Part shown: positions 26,670 to 37,500 of the stretch, one piece after another
Position numbering within the stretch: position 1 is the first letter of the stretch
Layout of the letters: each line of letters begins with the position of its first letter
Origin: Lama glama
Taxonomy: Eukaryota
Length of the DNA stretch: 64,000 nucleotides
NCBI GenBank assembly: GCA_028534125.1
Contig: CM052824.1
Span: 59,644,001 to 59,708,000, forward strand
Reading direction: 5' to 3'
Notes under the pieces: model-generated
Told to the model about the DNA's origin: nothing
The model's input: only the letters and a program-made list of their open reading frames with translations
Database searches by the model: none
Program-made: the position numbers and the translations under genes

Positions 26670-26900
26670 CACACACACACTGTCACTCTTCCTATGGCCT
26701 TGCCTGGGGACACACACCTGAGGCACAAGCACACGTACCTGTCCTGACACACAGAGTGCACAACAGCACGTGCACACACACAGAGCCACTCACACATTCA
26801 GATGCACTCACACAGACACACTCGAGTGTGCTCACGCCCAAACACACCCGTGCACGCACACTGCAGAGAGCCCGCAGGTGTGCGGCACGGCACACACGGC
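26670..26900. repeat. Degenerate (CA)n-like low-complexity tract
   Basis: Repeated CACAC/GCAC units. Confidence 0.75.
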
Positions 26901-27825
26901 TCCTGTCTGCTGCCTGCAGAGCTTGGGGACATCTGAACTCTGTCCAACTGTCCATCCCATCCCTCCGCCCGCCGCTGAGTCTTCAGCAGGGCACGAGGTA
27001 CCGACGGCACCCGCTCCATCCGCCTCCCTGGCAGGGAAAAGGCCCCACGTGGAGCAGCTGCGTGCGCCCCACCTGACCTGCTCAATTAGCAGCCTGGTGC
27101 CCGCCTGGCCCTGGGGACCCAGCACATCTGGAAATGAGTCCAGGTCCCCAGGGCTCAAGCCACAGGGCCAGGCACAAGCTGCAGCCCCTTCCTTCCCTCC
27201 GTCTGGCCGGCTGCCCACGTGAGGGGCAACAAGACACCCCGAGGCCAGCCTGCGGCGAGCCCTGGACCTGGAGCTCAGACCCACACAGAGCCAGCACTCG
27301 GCCAGTGCGAAGCGCTCCTGCCACCGCGGCCAAACGAGCAGGCTCCCAGGTGAGGGTGCGCTTGTCCTGGGAGCAGGTGGCGGCAGCCTCCCAGCCAACC
27401 CGAACCCTGGGAGTAAATATGACCCCCCGGGCAGGCTGAGCTCCTACAGCCGGGGGCAGGGCGTGGCAGGCGGGCAGCCGGGCCGCGGAACCCCCCAGCC
27501 CCGCCTCAAGGCAGGGCCACCAGCTGACGGGACCCCACCCACCCTCCTCTCCCAGGCTGTCGCTCCTGCCCAGCCAGCAGGCGCTGGTCCCCAGAGCTCC
27601 AGGATGGGCAGACACCTGCCCGCCTCTGTGCCCAGGACCCGCCCCAGCCCCTCGGTACCTCTCTCACCTGCCACTGCTCACCCCAGCTGGCAGCGGGTGC
27701 CCGAACCCGGGGGACAGACAAGAGAATGCCCCCTGAAACCTCGACCACAGCGAAAGCCCCAGCAAGCCCCCGAGAGGGATGGAGACAGATCCCCCATGGG
27801 CGGAAGGACACACAAGCGCACCTAC

Positions 27826-27864
27826 CGAGGCGAAGCGCTGCACGGGGTCACTGACGTACAGCAT
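27826..27864 (-). CDS. TP73: TP73 alternative first exon 3' coding part (deltaNp73 N-terminus)
   Basis: cccaccATG start, 13 codons MLYVSDPVQRFAS, then gtaggt donor in phase 0 matching exon 4; resembles the human deltaN N-terminus MLYVGDPARHLAT. Confidence 0.95.
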
Positions 27865-28097
27865 GGTGGGCACGCAGGGGTCCGCACACGCCGGGGAGCT
27901 GGCGTGCCGCGGGGCGAGGCATGGGTGTGGGTGGCCTGGGGGCCAGGGGCAGGGGTGCGGCTGCCCAGCAGGGTGGACCCAGGCAGAGAGTCTCCGTGGC
28001 TACAGGGGCAGGAGCGAAGGATGCTCGGGAACATGTGGGCTGGCCGCGGGCATCCTTGCTTTCCCCATCTCCCTTAGTCCTGTCAACTAGCTGCATC
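27865..28097 (-). other. TP73: 5' UTR of deltaNp73 exon 3' (5' end approximate)
   Basis: Lies between the TATA-like box (28124-28129) and the MLYV start; begins ..GCTAGTTGACAGGACTAAGGGAGATGG.., similar to the human deltaNp73 leader as remembered. Confidence 0.75.
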
Positions 28098-28200
28098 TAA
28101 CAACAAAACCGGCGGCCCACCCCTTTATTCCTCATGACTATTCACCAAAGTCCAGGGCAGGCCTCAGCTTGCCCACTGATGTGCTGGACCGCACCAAGGA
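28098..28200 (-). promoter_or_regulatory. TP73: TP73 P2 (deltaN) core promoter
   Basis: TATA-like AATAAA at 28124-28129 (minus strand), about 30 nt upstream of the inferred start; p53-family element at 28155-28174. Confidence 0.85.
28155..28174 (-). promoter_or_regulatory. p53/TAp73 response element of the deltaNp73 promoter
   Basis: GGGCAAGCTG AGGCCTGCCC: two adjacent RRRCWWGYYY-like half-sites, 18/20 match, at the position expected for the known p53/TAp73-to-deltaNp73 feedback element. Confidence 0.88.
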
Positions 28201-29554
28201 GGCTGCCTGGGGAGGGGGTGGCACGCGGGGCTGCTGGCCGGCTCTGTAATGAAGCTGCACCCGGGTCCTTCTGAGATGCTGCCCCCGGGAGGCCCTGGGG
28301 GGTCTCAGGCCTCCACCCCTGAGCACGATGGGGCCAGCCTGGACCCTCGAGACCTTGGGAGGCAAGGCCAGGCCACCCCAAAGGAAAGAGATGGTGCCAC
28401 GGCCCCGGGGCACAGGGCGGAGCGAATCTCAGTCCTGCCCATAGAAGGTGGTGGTCTACCGGGGCCACCCCAAAGGGCTGAGCAGAGAAGAGAGGCCCTC
28501 GGGGAGACTGTGCCCCGTGGGACCCCACAGGGAGCCTGGCAACGGAGTGAGCAGCTGGGCGTGGCCCACAGCAGCCCAGAGCCCACGCCCCAGACTCCGC
28601 CCAGGCCGCCGCCAGACTTATCCCTGCTGCTGCCAAGCCACCAGAAAGCGGGATGTGGCCCAGAAGGAGGACCGCTGGGACCCCGTCCACCACATGCCAG
28701 GGGCACCGCGACAGGGGCCCGCCTCGCCGTGGTCACCGCCTCTCCCTCTCCAGAGGAACCGTCCATTCTCACTTAACCATCTTCGGCCCAAAGCTGTGCT
28801 GGCTAGGAGCCGAGTCCGCCCTGGAAGCAGGCACGGCGACCCACACGTGACAGTGGGTGTGAGTCCCTAAGCCCCGAAGCACGGCTGCTTCTGCGGCCAA
28901 AACTCGCGAGGTGCTGGGAAGACCCTTGTCCCCCGGCCTGTTCTCACCGCGTCCAGAGAGCTGGGAGCAGACGGTTAGGCGGGGGCGGGGGGCCTGGCCC
29001 GCGGTCCAGCCGAGGAGCCCGCCGACGCGTCCGGGCCCCCAGCGCCTCCAGCTGAGGGAAGGGAGAGCCCAGGAGGGGCCGTGTGCCCGAGGGCGGGGCC
29101 GGAGCCCCCCGCTCAGGCTCTGGCGGGCCTCAGCAGAACTGGCCTGGACCCTCATGACTCCGTGTGGCACCCGTCAGCACCCACGCACAGGTGTCCCTCA
29201 CTCACAGTGAGACAATCGAGGGAAAAAGAGGTTTGTGGGCAGAATGAGGTTCAGTCCAGGGGGCCGCAGCAAGGCCCAGGTGGGACATGCTGGCCGGGGG
29301 CAGCAGCCGAGAGCATTCCTTGCTCAGGGTGCCCACCGGCCGGAGGGCGGGAGCATCCCACGCTGCCCAGGGAGGGGGGCTTGTCCATCAGTGAGGTTCT
29401 GTGGACGCTGCTACAGCCGCTCCAGAGGGCTGGGTGCAGGGGAGGCTCGTGGCCTGGGCAGGCGGCTGGACGGTGGGACGAGCCAGGTCGGAGAGGAGAC
29501 AGAGGGCCTGGCGTCGAGCCCCCACCCCCACCGCGGAGCACTGGGCAAAATTTG

Positions 29555-29915
29555 AGCTGATCAAAAGGGAAGTTACTTGAGTGGGCCTGACCTAATCAGG
29601 TGAGCCCTTCCACGCGGTCAGGGAGGACGTCCCCCTGACGGCCTCAGGAGCAAACTGCCAGGCTGGGAGGGGCCACGTGGCAGGGGGTGGCAGGCGGCCT
29701 CTAGGAGCTCAGAACAGTGGCCCTCAGTCAACAGCCTGCAAGGAACTGATTTCTGCCAACAACCAGAGCCTGGAAGAGGTCCCGGGCCTCAGAGAAGAGA
29801 GGAGTCCTGAGCAGGGGCCCCATGGGGACATGCAGGAGTCCAGACCCACAGAAACTATGAGATAATAAACAGACGTTGGTTTAAGCCCCTGCAATGGTAG
29901 TGATCACACAGCACA
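29555..29915 (+). mobile_element. ERVL-MaLR LTR remnant (MLT1E/F-like)
   Basis: GGGCCTGACCTAATCAGGTGAGCCCTT, GGCCTCTAGGAGCT, CAAGGAACTGATTTCTGCCAACAACC, ACCCACAGAAACTATGAGATAATAAA. Confidence 0.75.
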
Positions 29916-32679
29916 GCTGACTCAGACACCAGGAGTGTGAGCAGTCAGGCAGAGAGCCGGGGCAGAGGAGGCCAGGGCTCCGAGGGGCTCCGGCCTGCAG
30001 GGCACAAGCCGGGGCCCAGGACCGCAGGCTGCCCAGAGGGAGGCAGGGTCAAGCTGGGAAGGCCTCCTCTCTCGAGCCCTACTGGAGGCACTGAAGGCAG
30101 AGAGTTCAGGGCAGAGGGACCCCACCCCACCCACATAGCCAAGGAGGACAGAATCGTCCCTGTCCCCAGAGCACAAGCCTGGGCCACACTGGGATTCTCA
30201 GCACGAATACGAGCCTGTTTCCCACTCTCAAAGTGCGGAGCTCTGGCATCTCCCCCAGAGCATCACCTACTTCCTGTGCATTTACCCAAAATCCTGGCCA
30301 TCTAGGGGACAGGGACCAGGGAGCTGCCAGTCCTGGCCCCCAAGCTCAGCCCACCGGGTCCTCGGAATCTGCTCTTATGAATTTAACTCACCAGGGGCCC
30401 CCCACCCCGACCACTTCTGTAGGACTCAGGGCAGCGGGCAGGGTGGGACATTCTCTTGCACGGCGCACCTGCACAGGAAGGGGTGATTCACCAGAAGGGC
30501 ACGGGCGACGGGCCAGCTCAGGGGCAAACTCCTCACAGCTCCTCCAGACCACGCACAGGCAGGTGGCTCTGTCCTGGCCCTGAGGAGGCGCTGGGCCCTG
30601 GCGGCTGGCTGGGCCCCAGCTCTGTGCACCCAGAGGGTCTTCCCACCCAAGCCCGGCTAAGGGAGGCTCTGAGCTCCAAGTCCACCCTTCCGCAGGGCTG
30701 AAGCCTCTCTGCGGCGGGAGGGGCTGTCCTTTCCCCTCATCTGCCCCCTGCCCCCTCCCGGAGCCTGGCTCAGTTTCCTGACAAGTCCTGCTCCAGGGAG
30801 TCTAGTACTAGGCTGTGCCCTCCGCTCTCCCAGGCCAGGAAGGCCTGTCTTGGGTGACCTCTGGGGTCTGCAGCTTCTAACTCTGGTGTCTGTCCTGCTG
30901 CCCAGCTCGCCACGGGCACCTGAGGAGGGGCCGTGGGGCTCCGCGGTGAATCAGCCCCACCTGCCACCCCTGCGGCTGCAGCCCCCAACCCCTCCATACG
31001 ACCCACCTGCCCACAACAGCTGTCACCAGAGACAGGCGCCAGGAGAGGCGGGAAGAGGTGCAGGGAGGGAGGGGACAGTGTTGAGGAGCCAGGCCTGGCT
31101 CTCAGGCTCTTGGAGGATGGATGGGCAGGCCACACAGGCGCTGCAGGGGGGAGAGGGGAGGGGCGGGCAGGGGAGGAGAGCCGGCCAGCCTCAACTGGGC
31201 ACCTGCCGGCCCTTCCCTCTGTCTCCCTTTGCCACACGCACTGCACTGTCACAGCCCGGAGGTGGCCCCTCCTAGAGCCCTGCCTCCTCTCATCCCAGGA
31301 ATGCTGAGAATCGGACGGCCAGGACGGCCCAAAGCCAGCCGCTGCTCCGGATCCCATGAGCGCTCGCCCTGGGGGTCTTTAGCCTGTCCGTGCTCCTCTC
31401 AGATTGTGGGGCCCTCCAGGGCCAGGGAAGACCCCACTAGCTCCCCCTTGTCACAGCACCCGGCCCGGGCCCAGGGGTCACCTTCCTCCCTATGACCTCT
31501 GGGCAGCCCTCCTCGCAAGTCCACGGGAGGCCAGGGACCGACAGGCTTTTCCCCTCTCTCCTCTCCTAGTTTGTAGGTCCTTGTGTGTGGGTGACCGCCT
31601 GGGGTCTGCAGAGACGGCTAGAAGCGAAGGCCACCAACTAGGGCAACAGCTCCACCAAAGGGAGCCCGTGGTGGGCGGGGGGCCAGGCCCCCCTTGGCAC
31701 TGGGCCTGGAGGTGGCTGCTCCCAGGCCCACCTTGGCTCCACTGTTCTGGCTCCCAGAGGGAACAGCTTTCTTAAACTCAGAGCTTTGCCCCTGCCCTCA
31801 GCAGCATATCTGGCATTGGACCTGCACTCTTGTAGGCTGGGAATCACCTGTAGTCCTCAAAATGCTGGATGACTTAGATCCTCTCACTAGCCCATTTCAC
31901 AGACAGGGAAACTACGGACCAGAAGGTCATATAACTCTCTAAGCGCTGCCCAGCACAGAAAGGGCAGAAGTGGGATGTGAACTCTGAGCTCCCTCACCCT
32001 CTATGCCATCTCAACCACATGGTGCCCTGGACCCTGGTGGCAATGACCTCAGAGAGCTCACGTGCCCCCAAGAATCTGTGTTCTGGGACGCTTCCAAAGC
32101 TGAGGGGCCAGCTGCTCCCATGGGGGCCCATCTCCTTTAACTGCCCAACAGTTTCCTCCACTGCCCAGCGAGGCAGGAGGCTGGCTCAACTCTGACCACT
32201 GGCCCTCCCCATGGGGCTGGCAGTGCCTCTGCTGGAGCCCCGCACAGCCTGTCACCCCAGCTTCACAAGCAAGGGCACTGAGGTTCAGAAGTGTGGGGCA
32301 CCAGAACCTGGGCCAGACTGGCTCTTCAGGCGGGGCCCCGCCCACTCTGGCTGTCCTCACCAGCCACTGAAGCCGTGGCTAAGGGCAGCCCATGGGTCCC
32401 CAGTGGCCTGTCTTCTGGCTCCAGCCAGGGGCGCTGCTTGGAGAACCTGCAGGTCAGGCGGGAGAGTGCCTGCTAGGTCACCAGCGCATACGCGGGGGTG
32501 GACACCCAAGGCCCTCAGACCATGGTAGGTGCCACCCTGGAGGACTGGTGTCCCCTGACGCGAGGACTGTGCTTGCCTAAGCCCCACCCTTCCACTGGAT
32601 GAGCCCCGCGATCCGGCGCTGGGGTGACCCGGAGTGCCTTTCGACAGAGGACAGCGGCCAGTGCAAGCCGCATGGGGCC

Positions 32680-32719
32680 CGTGTGTGTGCGCGCGCGTGT
32701 GTGTGTGCATGCGTGTGCA
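32680..32719. repeat. Alternating purine-pyrimidine microsatellite (GT/GC)
   Basis: CGTGTGTGTGCGCGCGCGTGTGTGTGTGCATGCGTGTGCA. Confidence 0.9.
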
Positions 32720-34379
32720 AGCCTTCACACCAGAGCCCTGGGTCACGACTACAGGGCTGGCCGGGAGTGAGAGCATTTGACTCTGCAGTCGTGGCTTTCT
32801 TGCCCGAGGCCTGGCCTACCAGGGCCCCAGCCTTTCCCTGGCCTGCTGGCATCACCAGGTCGACGCACTCAGCAGCACAGGATCCACTGGGGCTGCGTTC
32901 TGGCCAGAGGGGCAGGTCCTCCCGGCTCCTGGACTGGACTTTAAAACAATACCGCCGGGTTCAGCACTGCGGGGCTCCCTGCCTGCACCCTGGGCTCCAG
33001 CCCCTGCCCCAGGCCCCTCTGCGAGGCAGCTAGGTGGGGAGTTCTGCAGCTGCTCGCTGCATCTCTGAGCCTCGCCTTTGCCTCTGGGCTGCGTGAGGGT
33101 GAGGGCCATGCTCCCTGCCGGGCTCTGTGCGGGGCCCCAGACCAGTCGCTGCTCCCACGACGACGGGGCCAGACAGGGGTCAGGATGAGGCAGGTGGAGG
33201 GGACTTGGCTCCCCGCCCCCTCACCCTTCACCCTCCAAGGGCCAGGGTTGATCCAGGGCATCCCAGCCTCTGCGAACTGAGTTTTCTACACGTATCTCAT
33301 GCAAGACTTTTACTAAGAGGCATGGCTCTGCCTGACAGAGCTGGCCCTCTTGTCTGCAGAGGTGGGAGGCCCCATCCTCGGTACCCCAAGGCTGGTGAGA
33401 GGGGTCCTCCCCCTAGCTGGAGGACACACTCAGCACCAGGCACCCTCCCCAGGTTGCGGGGGAGGGCATCCCACCCCAAAGGAACCTGGAACTGGGCCCT
33501 CTGCTCCAGAGAGCCTGCATTCTGGGGTCGTTCGTCCCTGGAGCCCCCACAGAGGGAGGTCGGGTGAGTACCGGATACCCTGCTTTTTGATTGTTATGTA
33601 ACTGCCGAACATTAAGCTTTTAATGGCCGAGGCGTCCACTTCAAAGACTCCCAACTCCATCCAGCAAACACCTTGTCAGCGGCACAGCTCAGTAAAGAGC
33701 CTGCTGCCGCACCCGTCATGGTCCCCTTCCAGAAAGCCCCGGGTGCCCTAAACAGTGGGCCGCGGGGTGACCCCACTTCTCCTTTCCATGGCTTAATTCC
33801 ACACTTATGTTTTATCACGAACAAAGTGCGAACCACCAACCCTCCGTACCCCTGCGCTGGCCCTGACAAAGGCAGAGCCCCAGGTGTCCCCTGCCCACTC
33901 TCTCCTGAGACCTCCCTGTGTGGCCGGGGGCATGCCTGCCCTGTGCCCTCCAGGACCTGCGGGTGACAACCTTCTTATCAAAGCGGCTAACGCAGAGTCC
34001 CGCCGTCAGAACAAGAACCGTGAGGGCCGGGCCAACCACAGCCTCGGCTGACGGGGAAGTGCCTGTGGGGGCTGCCCGCCCCCCCAAGGTAGCAGGACCC
34101 AGGTGGGGACCCGAGGCACTCCTAGCGAAGAGCTTCCCTGCTAATTTTTTTAAACAGGTGCCAGGATGTGTACTGTGGCGCTGTCACTGTGAGACAGCGG
34201 GAACAAAAGTGACCCAAAGCCCGGTGAATAAAAGAGCAGGACGACTTTGCATTCGGCCGTTCAAAGTGACCCGACACGGCGCCAGCACAGCTACGCTTGA
34301 TACGCTTGGGAAAATAGGAGCCAGACTGGAAACTCCCCCCAGAGCCCCGGAGTCTGTACCAAAAAAGGTGTGAAGAAGA

Positions 34380-34605
34380 CATGCTAGATATTTTAGAACA
34401 ACATGTAAAGTTAAGAGCTCAATGGATGGGTGCAACAGTGAATTAGGTAGACCAGAAGACAGCCTTAGTAGACAGGAAGCTAGGCCAGCTGAAATTACAC
34501 TGGACCAAGCTAGAGAGGAAAACAATGATGCAACGTGTATGAAAGAGCGTAAGAGGTAACGTGACGTCGGGTGAGAAATTGTAGTCACATGCGTATCATT
34601 GAAGT
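34380..34605 (+). mobile_element. Degraded L1/HAL1 ORF1-region fragment
   Basis: A-rich block AGCTCAATGGATGGGTGCAACAGTGAATTAG..GAAATTACAC resembling the ORF1 coiled-coil coding region. Confidence 0.5.
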
Positions 34606-36323
34606 GGGAGCCTCTCTGCTGTCAGGCTGAGACCCGGGTCCTGGAGGTCCCTGAGGTCCAGGAGGGGGACCCGGCAGGCGAGGGGTCAGGCCCCTGGGCC
34701 CCTGGGGAGAAGCTGGCAACCACGGATGGTCGGAAGGGAGAGGGCGGCACAACCCAGCCCCAGCCCAGATGCACCCTTTCCCAGCCTCAATTTCCTCACC
34801 TGTGAAATGGGAATCTAACAGGTGAGCTGTTTCCACTCTGACAGTCTCCTGAGCAGGAGGCCCAGGTCGAGCAGTCAGATTCCTGGGATCCAGTCTGAGG
34901 GGTTCCTCAGAGGCATGGATGTGATGGGGGCTCGCTGCCCGCCAGACCCCACCCACCCCGGCTGCCGACTGCACGAGCAGGTGTCTTCTCCTGGTCCCAT
35001 GAGGGCTAGCGGGTCCTGGGTGGGCGCAGCATCTGAAATGGACGCTGGCAGAGGACGCGGGGACCCTCCCTCCTCCTCCCCCACGCCCTTCACCCTGGCT
35101 CGTTCACGCGACCACAGCCCCACAGCCCCCACGCCTCGCCAGGTGTCTCAGACGGGTCGGGGGGCAGGGGCTCCAACTCCTGGAAGGGGGACTTTGGGGA
35201 GAGGGTGCTCCAGCCTGGGGGCAGCCCCCCAGCCTCCAGAGTTCCCGGCTTTGCTTCCCTCCTGCACCCCTGCATCAGCCTGCAGCCGGCGCCCTGAGAC
35301 AGTCATGCTGGGCGGTGGGGAGGCCAGCGGCCAGCACAGCCACCATCTGGGAGCCACGAGCCACCAAAGCCAGGTGCCCCAGCAGGACCCGCTGCTTCCC
35401 TCACACACGTAGCAAAGGTCCCTCAACAAGCCCCCACCTGAGGGAGCCCTGGGCAGCAAGCCTTGTGGGCAGGACGAAGCAGCCCGGGGGTCCTGCAGAG
35501 GCCGTCCCAAGGAGGTGACCACAGCGGGGGCTGGGGCCAGCAGGTGTCGATGGGCCTCCCTGGGGCCAGGGTCCTTACGCACCTTCCACGTGTCTCACCC
35601 TCCACCCACCTCCTGGGGCACCAGGGCCAGGAAACAGGTGGCCAGCTAGAGAGGCAGGAACACACCCCCACCCAGGTGGGCACCACGGCCCTGCCTCCTG
35701 GATTGCTCAGCGTGGCAGGACCTGAGACGCTGCAGGACCGGCGGGAGGCAGGGCCTCAGTTGCCCCCATATCCTCCATCCAGTTTCCCTTCTCTTGAAAC
35801 AGCAGCTCAGTCTCCCTTCGGGGCCTCTTCCACATAAGTCAGTACCACGCCACTCACACCACCCCACTTCATCCTGACCCCGTGTCAGGAGACCCAGGCC
35901 ACCAGAGGCACAGCAATGGCTCAGCAATGGGCATATGACACACGCAGACCAGTGAGAGGCAGGCATGCTGGACTATGGGCAAAGAGGGGTCCCCAAAGGG
36001 AGGGCGATGCTGGTGCAGCCTGGTACCCTGCACCGCGAGAGGAGATGCTGCCGAAGAACAAAGCCACCACGGGGAAAGCCGGGCAAGAGACAGAGAGAGG
36101 CAGCTGTTTGAACACCTGGATCCAGCCATGCCTGAAAGCCTTTCTACACCTGGACTGACAAGCTGATACATTTTCCACTTTGCAATCTGAAATGTGCTGA
36201 CAAATCCACAGAGGAAGCTGTACACCTGAGAGCCTATTTCCTGGTTCTGCAGGCTCCCAAGACAGGACAGTCCACGTTGACTGCCCCAACCCCAAGTCCT
36301 CCACAGAGGGCAGCCCCACTCAC

Positions 36324-36444
36324 CATGACAGACGAGGTCATGCCCTGCAGGTGGAAGACGTCCATGCTGGCCTCTGCACTGCCCGCCACCTCTGCATTCC
36401 CTCGGCCAGACTGGGGAAGGTCAAAGTAGGTGCTGTCCGGCTCC
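36324..36444 (-). CDS. TP73: TP73 exon 3 (transactivation domain)
   Basis: 121 nt, cag|GGAGCCGGAC...GTCATG|gtgagt; encodes (L)EPDSTYFDLPQSGRGNAEVAGSAEASMDVFHLQGMTSSVM. Confidence 0.97.
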
Positions 36445-36820
36445 CTGGACAGAGAGGGAAACAGAGGGGGAGCAAAGCTGTCCACCCAGCCCGGCCAGCC
36501 TGCAGGTCCTCCCATGGGGCCTCCCTCTCACGCCTGCAAGGGTTCCTTCAGCCTCTTGTGTCCTTTGCTGCCTCCCTGACCCTCAGCTCCTGCAGCCCCC
36601 ACCTCCTCCCTCCTTCTCCAGCCTCTCCAGGGCCGGTGAGGGGGCCAGGAGGTGTGGCCACACACAGGCCCTGACCCCTCTCAGGACTGGTCAGGGGACA
36701 GAGCCCAGACTTTGGGCCCTGCATCCCCAGGAGAAGCTGCGTCCCGAGGCAGCAGCGCCCCGGCCCCCCCTCGGGCCCAGCCCTGCCCCGGCCCGGCCTG
36801 GGGGTGGCGGGAGCACTCAC

Positions 36821-36888
36821 AGGGAGCTCCAGAGGTGCTGGAACGTGGCGCCCTCGTCGGCAGCGGCGGACTGGGTGGACTGGGACAT
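36821..36888 (-). CDS. TP73: TP73 exon 2 coding part (TAp73 start; whole exon spans 36821-36906)
   Basis: aagATG at 36888; MSQSTQSAAADEGATFQHLWSS(L) with the FxxLWxxL MDM2/p300-binding motif; donor CT|gtgagt; acceptor tttcctcctggcag| at 36907; not in the ORF track. Confidence 0.96.
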
Positions 36889-37462
36889 CTTCTCACACAG
36901 CTCGCTCTGCCAGGAGGAAAGCACAGTGAGGGTTCGTACGGCGTCCTCGGGGCTCCTGGGACAGCGTTCTGGGGATGCAGGCGGCGGGCGGGGCCGACGA
37001 GGACACCCTGGGGCGCGCCCTCATACACCTTCCTTCCCCCCTGCCCCGTCCCGGGTGGGAACCCGAGGCCTGGGGGTGGCGTCAGACCCAGCTGGGGGCC
37101 TGGGCGGCAGGGGCTTCTCAGAACCACCCCCGTGAAGTGGGGGTGACAACAGCGCCCCCACATGGGGCTGCTTCAGGGCTCGCTGGGAGCACGGATTTAA
37201 AGTCTCTGCTGTGCCTGGATTATAACACTCGGACACGGGGGGTCGTTATTGTCATGATCTGGGTCTCTAGGTTTGGCCGGGGGAGGGCATGAGCCAGGTT
37301 TGGGGGCTCCCAATGCCCCCGCATCCCAGGATGCCCCCCTCCCCCGTTCTGCGGGAAGAATGTGTGTCAGGACCCGTGTGAGCCTGGCCGGGCCCGACTG
37401 CTGCGGCGCTGGGTGTCCTTCGGGATCATCGCCTGCAGCCTGAATGCAAAAGCAATGCCAAG

Positions 37463-37500
37463 CCCACGGGGCAGCCACCAACCCACGGGGCAGCCACCAA
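37463..37500. repeat. Perfect 19-nt tandem duplication
   Basis: CCCACGGGGCAGCCACCAA x2. Confidence 0.93.
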
